Shown here: in pieces, positions 1 to 8,215 of the stretch
Numbering within the stretch: position 1 is the stretch's first letter
Layout of the letters: every line of letters starts with the position of its first letter
From: Ignavibacteriota bacterium
GTDB lineage: Bacteria > Bacteroidota > Ignavibacteria > Kapaibacteriales > UBA2268
Assembly: GCA_020437395.1 (NCBI GenBank)
Contig: JAGQWJ010000004.1
Location: 22,475-86,474, forward strand
Length of the DNA stretch: 64,000 nucleotides
Direction: 5' to 3'
The notes under the pieces: generated by a model
Seen by the model: the letters and a program-made list of their open reading frames with translations, nothing else
Databases searched by the model: none
Told to the model about the DNA's origin: nothing
Program-made: the position numbers and the translations under genes

Positions 1-1613
1 TTAAACCCATCAGCTCTTAAGACTTCAGTCCAATGAGATTTCTGGTCAAATGAAGTTGAATAATTTGTCCCATTATCTTGGAACCCACCAATCAAATGTC
101 CGCTTTTAGTAGCATGGTCTATACCAACACTATATAGTTGAGTAGTATTGTAACCTTCATTCAGCGAAATCCATTCAGTATTTGGGCCTCTATTGTCCAA
201 AGTTTTGTGTAAACCTCCATCAGTGGCAGTGTACATTATGTCGGGGTTAGAAGGTAAGAATACCAGATTATGTTGGTCTGCGTGGTGGTTAGGGTATCTA
301 TAAAAATAGTCACATTCATCTGTTGGACAAGTACCGCCAATAACTTCAAAATCATTCTTCTGCCAAGCGGATTTTGATCTATATAGATTGACAGCACCAA
401 TATAAACAATATTTGAGTCTTTAGGATGTACTTTTATATGTAAGTCATAGCCTCCCTGAGAGTTCATTTGATGTCTGACTAACTCTGGGTTTGGAATATT
501 AGCCGATAAATCAGTCCAAACACCATTCTCGCCTTTTCCATCGCCCAACTTGTACTCATAGCGATAAAGACTATGCCATAAAGAATCATTCCTTGAGTTA
601 GTTGTCATCGTGCCGAATCCAGGGGTTTCACCAACAAAATAAACTCTGTTTTCGTTTTGTGGATCAATACCAATTGCAATTCTATTATATTTTTCAGGGA
701 AGTTCTTTGGAGTAATATTAGTCCAAACCCTACCGTCAATTGATCGATAAATCCCTTTAACATTTGAGGGAAAATTGTTTCCTCCGTTTGACGACAATGC
801 AGCATAGAATACTCCATCTGAGGTCACCTCTATATCCGAATACATACTCGAACCATTAGAAATTCCATTACCAATAACTGGCGTCCATGTCGTTCCTCCG
901 TCTGTGGAACGAATTATACCACCTAAAGCCAAAGCAACATAAACTTCATCTCTGCTTTCTGGTGCATTTGGATTAGTTCTTATTCGATAAATAAAATCGA
1001 ATTCATTGTCCCAAAATCCCACTGAACCTTTGACAGTAGAAGGCAATTTGAACCATAACTCACCATTGTCTGTTGATTTATAGACTCCATTCCCATAGGA
1101 ACGAGAGCCCAATCTTTCACCAGTACCGTGGTACCATATATGTTGTTTACCCGGTCTTTTATCTTGATCTATAGTAGTTATAGAGGGCAGTTGATTATTC
1201 TTTGTTTTCTTACTCCAAGTTTTACCACCATCAGTTGATAGAATAACACCTGCGTCAACTCCACCAGCAAGGATTCTATTTTCATCATTTACGTCTAAGG
1301 CCAATGCACGAGTACGACCACCAATGTAGTAAGGGCCGCGACTTGTCCATTCGTTCAGACTTTGTACTTTTCCATTCTTTCTGTAATCTGGGTCTTTCTC
1401 TTTCATTCTTTGAGCAAATTGCAACTCTAATTGCCTTATGTTATCCGGTATCTTACCAGTAACAGGGTCTTTATATCTATCAATTAACCATTTTTCATAC
1501 TTTTTTGTGAACACAGTCCGTCCATCATCCTTCTTATTTGGCGACAAATCCATAAAATAATAGGCAACAGCGATAGTAGTAACAGCAAGCAATACAGTAG
1601 CAATTTTTCTCAT
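1..1613 (-). CDS. BNR/Asp-box repeat beta-propeller protein with N-terminal membrane anchor (C-terminus lies beyond the window edge)
   Basis: Absent from the ORF track because it is open at the window edge. Reverse-strand ATG at 1613..1611 gives MRKIATVLLAVTTIAVAYYF (hydrophobic anchor). Asp-box motifs read directly from the sequence: STDGGKTW, STDNGELW, STDGGTTW, SIDGRVW. It starts 3 nt after the DUF58 stop. Confidence 0.7.
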   Translation of the reverse strand, partial: MRKIATVLLAVTTIAVAYYFMDLSPNKKDDGRTVFTKKYEKWLIDRYKDPVTGKIPDNIRQLELQFAQRMKEKDPDYRKNGKVQSLNEWTSRGPYYIGGRTRALALDVNDENRILAGGVDAGVILSTDGGKTWSKKTKNNQLPSITTIDQDKRPGKQHIWYHGTGERLGSRSYGNGVYKSTDNGELWFKLPSTVKGSVGFWDNEFDFIYRIRTNPNAPESRDEVYVALALGGIIRSTDGGTTWTPVIGNGISNGSSMYSDIEVTSDGVFYAALSSNGGNNFPSNVKGIYRSIDGRVWTNITPKNFPEKYNRIAIGIDPQNENRVYFVGETPGFGTMTTNSRNDSLWHSLYRYEYKLGDGKGENGVWTDLSANIPNPELVRHQMNSQGGYDLHIKVHPKDSNIVYIGAVNLYRSKSAWQKNDFEVIGGTCPTDECDYFYRYPNHHADQHNLVFLPSNPDIMYTATDGGLHKTLDNRGPNTEWISLNEGYNTTQLYSVGIDHATKSGHLIGGFQDNGTNYSTSFDQKSHWTEVLRADGF

Positions 1614-1616
1614 AAT

Positions 1617-2492
1617 CTATCTCCGACTCTCACGATTTTTGAAAAACTGGCGTAGCGGTATAATATAAGATTCATCTGTTCTGAGTTTAATTATGTCCAC
1701 TTTGTTTTTCATAAGTAAACTCTCAAGTTTAAAATTATAATCACTTCGCTCTTTTTCAAATTTAGCAATTGTTTTTTTATCGGAAGTATCTATCCACATA
1801 GTTTTTCCAGTTTCAGAGTCTTCTACATTAACCAAACCAATATTGGGTAGATGATTTTCCTTTTCGTCATATAGCTTTACGGCAACCAAGTCGTGTCTCT
1901 TTACTACTATTCTCAATGGGTTTTCAAACTGTGGACTTATAAAATCGGACATCAAAAACACAATAGCTCTCTTTTTCACTACACTTGTGAAGAATTCTAA
2001 TGCTGCGCCAATATTAGTCTTTTTAGATTCAGGTTCAAACTCAATCAGCTCTCTAATAATTCGTAGAATATGAGATTTGCCTTTCTTAGGAGGGATATAT
2101 TTCTCTACTTTATCGGAGAAAAATATTACACCAACTTTATCATTATTCTGAATAGCTGAGAAAGATAAAACGGCAGAAAGCTCAGTAATTAAGTCTTTTT
2201 TAGATTGGTCACCAGTACCAAATATTTTAGACCCTGAGACATCTACCAATAGCATAGTCGTTAGTTCTCTTTCCTCTTCGAATATCTTGATATAGGCATC
2301 TCCGGAACGAGCCGTTACGTTCCAATCTATAAGACGAACATCATCTCCTGATTGGTACTCACGAACTTCGCTGAAAGCCATACCCCGACCTTTGAAAGCT
2401 GTATGATACTCACCAGAGAATAATTGATTAGAAAGACCTCGAGTTTTTATCTCTATCTTTCTTACTTTTTTTATTAGCTCTTGAGTTTCCAC
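1617..2492 (-). CDS. DUF58 family protein (vWA-like, MoxR partner)
   Basis: 291 aa. DUF58-type block DWNVTARSGDAYIKIFEEERELTTMLLVDVSGS. 3-nt gap after the MoxR gene, which is the canonical MoxR-DUF58 pairing. Confidence 0.85.
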   Translation of the reverse strand: METQELIKKVRKIEIKTRGLSNQLFSGEYHTAFKGRGMAFSEVREYQSGDDVRLIDWNVTARSGDAYIKIFEEERELTTMLLVDVSGSKIFGTGDQSKKDLITELSAVLSFSAIQNNDKVGVIFFSDKVEKYIPPKKGKSHILRIIRELIEFEPESKKTNIGAALEFFTSVVKKRAIVFLMSDFISPQFENPLRIVVKRHDLVAVKLYDEKENHLPNIGLVNVEDSETGKTMWIDTSDKKTIAKFEKERSDYNFKLESLLMKNKVDIIKLRTDESYIIPLRQFFKNRESRR

Positions 2493-2495
2493 GAT

Positions 2496-3482
2496 CTATG
2501 GTACTTCTATGTTATCAATAATCTTGTTTACTATATCTTCAGATGTTAAATTTTCTGCTTCAGCTTCGTAAGTTATACCTACTCTATGACGAAGTACATC
2601 TAGAGCAACTGCTCTTATATCTTCTGGTAACACATAACCACGTCTCTTGATAAAGGCATAAGCTTTTGCAGCTTTTGCTAGTGAAATAGTAGCACGCGGA
2701 GAACCCCCGAATGATATAAGATCTTTCAATTCACCAAGTTTATATTCCTCTGGATATCGAGTAGCAAATACAATATCCATTATGTATTTCTCGATTTTCT
2801 CATCCATATAAACTTCTTTTACTACATCACGAGCTTTGATAATATCATCAGGGCTCAATATCTTAGAAACTCTTGGGAAAGATTTCTCAAGGTTCATTCT
2901 AAGGATTTGTCTTTCTTCTTCTTTCGTAGGGTAACCTACTACTAGTTTCAACATAAAACGATCAACTTGAGCTTCTGGTAGCGGGTATGTACCTTCTTGC
3001 TCCAGTGGGTTTTGTGTAGCTAATACTAAGAATGGTTCTTTTAGAGGAAAAGTATTATCGCCAATTGTAACCTGTCTCTCTTGCATCGCCTCTAGCAAAG
3101 CACTTTGCACTTTAGCAGGAGCACGGTTTATCTCATCAGCAAGAACAAAATTAGCAAATACTGGTCCTTTACGTACGTGGAATTTTTGTTCTCCTTGATT
3201 ATATATCATAGTACCAACTACGTCAGCAGGTAACAAATCAGGGGTAAATTGGATACGTGAGAACTCCCCATCAATCGCATTAGAAAGAGTATTGATAGCA
3301 AGTGTCTTGGCCAATCCTGGCACACCCTCTAGCAATACGTGCCCATTAGAAAGCAATCCTATAAGGAGTCTTTCTACCATATATTTTTGTCCGACTATCA
3401 CTTTACTCATTTCCATCATGAGCAAGTCAATAAATCCACTTTCTTGCTGGATTCGGTCGTTTAATTCTTGTATATCAGTCAT
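2496..3482 (-). CDS. MoxR-family AAA+ ATPase
   Basis: 328 aa. Walker A GVPGLAKT, Walker B FVLADEINR, VLATQNP block. Length and layout are typical of the MoxR/AAA_3 family. Confidence 0.92.
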   Translation of the reverse strand: MTDIQELNDRIQQESGFIDLLMMEMSKVIVGQKYMVERLLIGLLSNGHVLLEGVPGLAKTLAINTLSNAIDGEFSRIQFTPDLLPADVVGTMIYNQGEQKFHVRKGPVFANFVLADEINRAPAKVQSALLEAMQERQVTIGDNTFPLKEPFLVLATQNPLEQEGTYPLPEAQVDRFMLKLVVGYPTKEEERQILRMNLEKSFPRVSKILSPDDIIKARDVVKEVYMDEKIEKYIMDIVFATRYPEEYKLGELKDLISFGGSPRATISLAKAAKAYAFIKRRGYVLPEDIRAVALDVLRHRVGITYEAEAENLTSEDIVNKIIDNIEVP

Positions 3483-3624
3483 TTTTCATCAATTTTATAA
3501 TTGAACATATTTATTATCTATTTTTACTGAACATATTACGAAAAGAATGCGGAATTGTTTGGTTGTTTATGAAGAAAATTTCGAATTTTAAATGTTGTTG
3601 TTGTACTTCTGATTTATTAACTTA

Positions 3625-4407
3625 GTGAATAACAATCCATCTATTTTTATTATGTATAATTTAAGAATATTTTCAATCATTTTCAGCTTACTTGCAATTA
3701 TTTCTACAACATCAATTATATCTGCGTTTGAATTAGAAACTGATTCCGAAGATCTAAAAATAATCAAACTTTCAGAACACACTTATCAGCATATATCATA
3801 TCTGCAAACAGAAAGTTGGGGCAAAGTAGCTTGTAACGGAATGATAATAATAGATGACAGCGAAGCATTAATTTTCGATACACCGGCAGACAATGAAAGC
3901 TCTAAACTTTTATTCGAGCATCTAATTAGTAACGGAGTAAAAATAAGAGGAATAGTACCAACTCACTTCCATGAGGATTGTGTAGGTGGACTTCTTGAGT
4001 TCAAAAATGAAGAAATTCCCATATATATATCGAATAGAACATTAGCTTTATTAGAAAAAGATGACCAATATATAGGATATGAGTTCTTGACTTTTGATAA
4101 TGAATTGACACTAAATATAGATGAAAGCTCAGTAGTGTTAGAATACTTCGGAGCTGGCCACACAGTGGATAATGTGACTGCATATTACCAAAAAGATGAA
4201 TCAATCTTCGGAGGTTGCCTCGTAAAAGAAGTAGGTGCTACGAAAGGAAATCTAGCCGATGCTGATATCAAGGAGTGGTCTAATACTGTCTCTAAAGTAA
4301 AACATAAATATCCGAATGCTAAAGTAGTTATACCAGGCCATGGCAATGCAGGTGGTATTGAATTATTGGATTATACGATTGATTTGTTTGAGGGAGATAG
4401 GGAATGA
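3625..4407 (+). CDS. Subclass B1 metallo-beta-lactamase
   Basis: 260 aa with an N-terminal signal-like segment. Zinc ligand motifs are in B1 order: HFHED(C), GAGHTVDN, GGCLVK, PGHG. The track start is GTG; ATG at 3652 (MYNLRIF...) is an alternative start. Confidence 0.85.
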   Translation: MNNNPSIFIMYNLRIFSIIFSLLAIISTTSIISAFELETDSEDLKIIKLSEHTYQHISYLQTESWGKVACNGMIIIDDSEALIFDTPADNESSKLLFEHLISNGVKIRGIVPTHFHEDCVGGLLEFKNEEIPIYISNRTLALLEKDDQYIGYEFLTFDNELTLNIDESSVVLEYFGAGHTVDNVTAYYQKDESIFGGCLVKEVGATKGNLADADIKEWSNTVSKVKHKYPNAKVVIPGHGNAGGIELLDYTIDLFEGDRE

Positions 4408-4823
4408 ACCAATTCCAAGGCACATACGAGCTAATAGAAAAATATAGTATCCGAGTAGATGGCTCCAAAATACATCCGTGGGGAGAAGATGTAAAAGGTA
4501 TGATAATTTATACCGACAAACATGTTTCAGCTCAGTTGGGTGTAAAAAAGAGAAAAACTTTAAGTGATTTTAATTTTAGAAATGCTACTGAGCAAGAAGC
4601 ACAAGAAGCATTCACCACTTATATAGCTTACTTCGGGTCTTATGAGGTGAAGGATGGATATGTTATTCATGATGTTCAACAGAGTTTATTCCCTAATTGG
4701 ATTGGTCATAAAGTAAAGCGTTACTACCGTTTCGAAGTGGATTTTCTTCACTTAGAGGCAAAAGAGATTGCCGAAACAACAGGTTTAAATAAAACAGTGT
4801 TGGTATGGAGACGGTTGTCATAA
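4404..4823 (+). CDS. Lipocalin-like domain protein
   Basis: 139 aa. The pattern FQGTYELI..., YIAYFGSYEV.DGYVIHDV, then a C-terminal L.L strand matches the bacterial lipocalin-like domain family as I recall it. Its ATG overlaps the MBL stop (ATGA). Confidence 0.6.
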   Translation: MNQFQGTYELIEKYSIRVDGSKIHPWGEDVKGMIIYTDKHVSAQLGVKKRKTLSDFNFRNATEQEAQEAFTTYIAYFGSYEVKDGYVIHDVQQSLFPNWIGHKVKRYYRFEVDFLHLEAKEIAETTGLNKTVLVWRRLS

Positions 4824-4889
4824 CAACTAAAATATGAATATAATTGCATCGTCTTAGCAAATACAAAATTTGTTACACTGGAGTTAGTT

Positions 4890-5651
4890 ATGGCAATAGA
4901 AAAGTACAGCAAAGCAGAGCAAGGTTATGGCGAGTTCAACGGCGGAGCAATAGTCGAAAACAAACCGATTGGCTTCCCGCAAGATGGCGGTGGCGGAAGT
5001 CACCCATATTCAAACCTATTTTATTGGGCTAAAGCTGATACTGTAAACGGCAGTACAATAGGTGAGCATCCTCATCAAGCATTCGAGATATTATCATTCG
5101 TATTGGAAGGTGATATAGAGCATTATGACAATCACAACAATAAGTGGTTTCCACTGAGTAAAGGTGATGTGCAGGTTATAAAATCCGGAAGTGGAATATA
5201 TCACGCTGAGAAAATGAACCCTGGAGCTAGTATATTTCAGATATGGTTTAATCCTGACATTAAGGTAACGCTCAAAAATAAAGCTGAGTATGCAGATTAT
5301 AAACAAAGCGTTTTCAATGTAATAGAGAATGATAGCTATTCAACTAAGATTATGATTGGAAATAATTCACCCATCGAATTAGTAAGTGAGGGCGTAGAAA
5401 TACAAGAATTAACAGCAAAATCTGATTTCGAATTAGAACTGAAATCCGATAGATACCATTCATTCTACATGCTATCAGGTGAGGCTGAGTTGAATGGATT
5501 AGAAATAGTTCAAGACGATTTTATAAAGATTAGTGACGAAGGAAAAGCAAGCTTTACTAATCAAAGTGGTTTAAGATTGTTTTATATTTCGAACCCTAAA
5601 GAATTGACACACAGAACATATTACGAAAGCAATAAGAACAAATATAATTAA
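4890..5651 (+). CDS. Pirin-family cupin protein
   Basis: 253 aa. Pirin metal-site block HPHQAFEILSFVLEGDIEHYD. Length is consistent with a two-cupin protein. Confidence 0.8.
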   Translation: MAIEKYSKAEQGYGEFNGGAIVENKPIGFPQDGGGGSHPYSNLFYWAKADTVNGSTIGEHPHQAFEILSFVLEGDIEHYDNHNNKWFPLSKGDVQVIKSGSGIYHAEKMNPGASIFQIWFNPDIKVTLKNKAEYADYKQSVFNVIENDSYSTKIMIGNNSPIELVSEGVEIQELTAKSDFELELKSDRYHSFYMLSGEAELNGLEIVQDDFIKISDEGKASFTNQSGLRLFYISNPKELTHRTYYESNKNKYN

Positions 5652-5696
5652 TCTTTTATATTGGTTTATTCCAAGATATGTCAGTTTCTATTTCTT

Positions 5697-5737
5697 AGAT
5701 TCTTAACACCCAATTCACTTTATGAGTTCAAAATGAC
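5697..5737 (+). repeat. Copy A of an interspersed intergenic motif (AGATTCTT...TCAAAATGAC)
   Basis: Shares its termini and a central CACTT core with the copies at 35737, 45273 (inverted) and 45332. Lies between convergent genes. Confidence 0.55.
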
Positions 5738-5836
5738 GGTGTCCACGCCACGCTATGGGGAATTTAATTGTAGAGATGTATTGCACACTCTTAGCAGTAC
5801 CGGATTGCATAAGTCTCTACGAAACTACTCCTACCC

Positions 5837-7378
5837 TCAACTCAAATCGCCCCAATAGTCACGGTCTAAGCTGCGATATTGGATAGCTTCGCTTATGTGG
5901 AGTGAGTTAATGTTTTCGTCTCCGGCTAGGTCAGCGATGGTTCTTGAGACTTTTAATATTCTATCGTATGCACGAGCAGAAAGCCCTAGCCGCTCCATTG
6001 CAGTTTGTAGGAGTGATTGTGAAGCAGCATCTAGTTTGCAATGCTCTCTTATTAATTTACTTCCCATATCTGCGTTTTTATAAACGTTTCTTTGCCCCTC
6101 GAATCGAGCAGATTGAACTTGTCTTGCTTTTATTACTCGTTCTCTTATAGCTTCTGATGATTCTCCTTTTCTGTCTGAAGATAACTCTTTATAGTTTACA
6201 GCTGGTACATCTACGTGTATGTCTATTCTATCGAGCAATGGACCAGATATTTTGCTTAGATATCGCTTTATTTGCTGCGAAGTAGAACTAGATTTATCTA
6301 TTGACTCGCCGTCAGGCGTGGGGTTCATAGAGCAAACTAGCATAAAGTTAGCAGGGTAATCTATAGTCATTTTGGTACGAGAAATTGTTACTTGTTTGTC
6401 TTCGAGAGGTTGCCTCATTACTTCTAATACATCTCGCTTGAATTCAGGCAATTCATCTAAGAAAAGTACACCATGGTGAGCAAGTGATATTTCCCCTGGT
6501 CTGATATTCGACACTCCCCCACCGACTAAAGCTGCGTTGGAAATAGTATGATGTGGAGAGCGGAATGGTCGTGTAGTTATCAATGCTCTCTCTTTACTTA
6601 GCATCCCAGAGACAGAATGAATCTTAGTTGTCTCCAAGGCCTCATCGAGAGTTAAGGGTGGCATTATGCCTGGCAATCTTTTTGCTATCATAGTTTTCCC
6701 ACTGCCCGGAGGCCCAATCATAAGAAGGTTATGACCACCGGCGGCAGCAACTTCCATAGCCCGTTTTACGTTCTCTTGTCCCTTTACATCATTAATATCA
6801 AGCATAGATATGCTCTGGTCAAACTCGAATATTTTCTTCAAATCTACTTTTCGAGGTTCAATTTGGATTTTTCCTTGCAAGAATTGTACTGCTTGTCGCA
6901 AATCTTTAATTGGTATAACATCTATTCCTTCTACCATCGCGGCTTCGTCCGCATTCTCTTCGGGAATTAATATCTGTTTGAATCCTTCCTCTTTAGCTTT
7001 TATTGCAATAGACAGAGTACCTCTGACTGCACGTAGGCTACCTTCGAGTGAAAGCTCACCAAGTATAAGTTTATCTGTCAAATTTTCTTGATCTATAACC
7101 TTTGTTGAAGCTAATATGCCCAAAGCGATTGGTAAGTCGAAAGCACTACCATCTTTCCTAACATCTGCTGGTGCTAAGTTAATTGTAATCTTTTTTAATG
7201 GGAATAAGTAGTCGGAATTCTTTATAGCTGCAGAGACTCTTTCACTCGACTCTTTGACTGAAGAGCTTGGCAAACCAACAATAGTGATTTTGGGTAATTG
7301 CGAATCCAAATGGCATTCTATTTCGACTAGAAATGCGTTTATTCCTAAAACTGATGCTGAAAATAATTGAGAGTACAT
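5837..7378 (-). CDS. comM: YifB/ComM family Mg-chelatase-like ATPase
   Basis: 513 aa. N-terminal Lon-protease-like domain, Walker A GPPGSGKT, Walker B GVLFLDELPEF, C-terminal ChlI-like helical domain. Confidence 0.92.
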   Translation of the reverse strand: MYSQLFSASVLGINAFLVEIECHLDSQLPKITIVGLPSSSVKESSERVSAAIKNSDYLFPLKKITINLAPADVRKDGSAFDLPIALGILASTKVIDQENLTDKLILGELSLEGSLRAVRGTLSIAIKAKEEGFKQILIPEENADEAAMVEGIDVIPIKDLRQAVQFLQGKIQIEPRKVDLKKIFEFDQSISMLDINDVKGQENVKRAMEVAAAGGHNLLMIGPPGSGKTMIAKRLPGIMPPLTLDEALETTKIHSVSGMLSKERALITTRPFRSPHHTISNAALVGGGVSNIRPGEISLAHHGVLFLDELPEFKRDVLEVMRQPLEDKQVTISRTKMTIDYPANFMLVCSMNPTPDGESIDKSSSTSQQIKRYLSKISGPLLDRIDIHVDVPAVNYKELSSDRKGESSEAIRERVIKARQVQSARFEGQRNVYKNADMGSKLIREHCKLDAASQSLLQTAMERLGLSARAYDRILKVSRTIADLAGDENINSLHISEAIQYRSLDRDYWGDLS

Positions 7379-7456
7379 ATATTTTGTTATATTCGATTTG
7401 TAAGAATAGTAAATATAATAATATATTTTATAAACGATATAACATTTTTATCAAGT

Positions 7457-8215
7457 ATGATTACTATACGTGAATTTGTCCAAAATAATGAGAGATTTAT
7501 CATAGCTCACAGAGGTGCTTCTGGCACAATGATAGAAAATACTATGCCTGCATTCCAAAGAGCTGTGGATTTTGGTGCTAAAATGTTAGAAGTCGATATT
7601 CAAGTGTCTTCCGACAAAGTCCCGTTTGCATATCACGATGCCAACCTTAAAAGAATTAACCTCGATAAGAATACTTCAAAATTGTCTTCTGTTGAAATTT
7701 CAGAAATAAATTTAGATTTGGAGAAGAAAGAAAAAATTTCAATCCCAATGTTAGTTGATATACTTAGGTTTTGTAAAGATAAAGAGATATATCTGATTAT
7801 TGAAATTAAGACAAACGAGGATTGCAGTTTCAATACAGAAGATGTTGATATAATCCTCGACACGGTCAGATCATTTGGATATGATGAAAATTGTCTTTTT
7901 GCATCTTTTTGTGTTGGAACCGTTCAATATATTAAGTCAAAAGATAAGGAGTATAATATTGCATCAATTGCACTTCCTGACAGTACACCAAAGAAACTAT
8001 ATGAAGAAACCAAATGCGATGTCTATATTTGCTCTATAGAGCAGTTGAACGAATCAGTAGTTAATGAATGTAAAGATTTGGGAGTATATCTTGGAGTATA
8101 TTCGGCAGACAATGAGGAACAATTAGAAACATTATTAAAATTCGGGATAAACGCTATCGTAACGAATTATCCCGAAAGAATTTCTAAATTACTTGCTGCC
8201 AGGGATGATAGTTAG
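7457..8215 (+). CDS. Glycerophosphodiester phosphodiesterase (GDPD family)
   Basis: IIAHRGASG...ENTMPAF and EVDIQVSSDKVPFAYHD motifs. I place the start at ATG 7457 (MITIREF...) because the track start at 7367 would overlap comM and adds a low-complexity leader. Confidence 0.85.
   Translation: MITIREFVQNNERFIIAHRGASGTMIENTMPAFQRAVDFGAKMLEVDIQVSSDKVPFAYHDANLKRINLDKNTSKLSSVEISEINLDLEKKEKISIPMLVDILRFCKDKEIYLIIEIKTNEDCSFNTEDVDIILDTVRSFGYDENCLFASFCVGTVQYIKSKDKEYNIASIALPDSTPKKLYEETKCDVYICSIEQLNESVVNECKDLGVYLGVYSADNEEQLETLLKFGINAIVTNYPERISKLLAARDDS

Noticed and set aside
1617-3482. The idea that the vWA adhesin at 39284..42622 is the missing vWA partner of the MoxR-DUF58 pair.
   Set aside because: The genes are about 36 kb apart, on opposite strands, with many unrelated operons between them. 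The vWA protein is a T9SS cargo, not a BatA/BatB-type membrane protein.
5741-5752. A GTCCAC(G/C)CCAC-like string seen at 5741 and 35712, with looser CCACACA-type strings at about 11155 and about 12410, as a shared regulatory motif.
   Set aside because: Only two copies are convincing, and both are attached to the repeat family already reported. The others are short, C/A-rich chance-level matches.
5661-5858. A 65-aa ORF in the pirin/comM intergenic region.
   Set aside because: It is built from the interspersed repeat copy and adjacent hairpin-like sequence and runs into the comM 3-prime end. There is no ribosome-binding context. It is most likely a repeat-derived spurious ORF.
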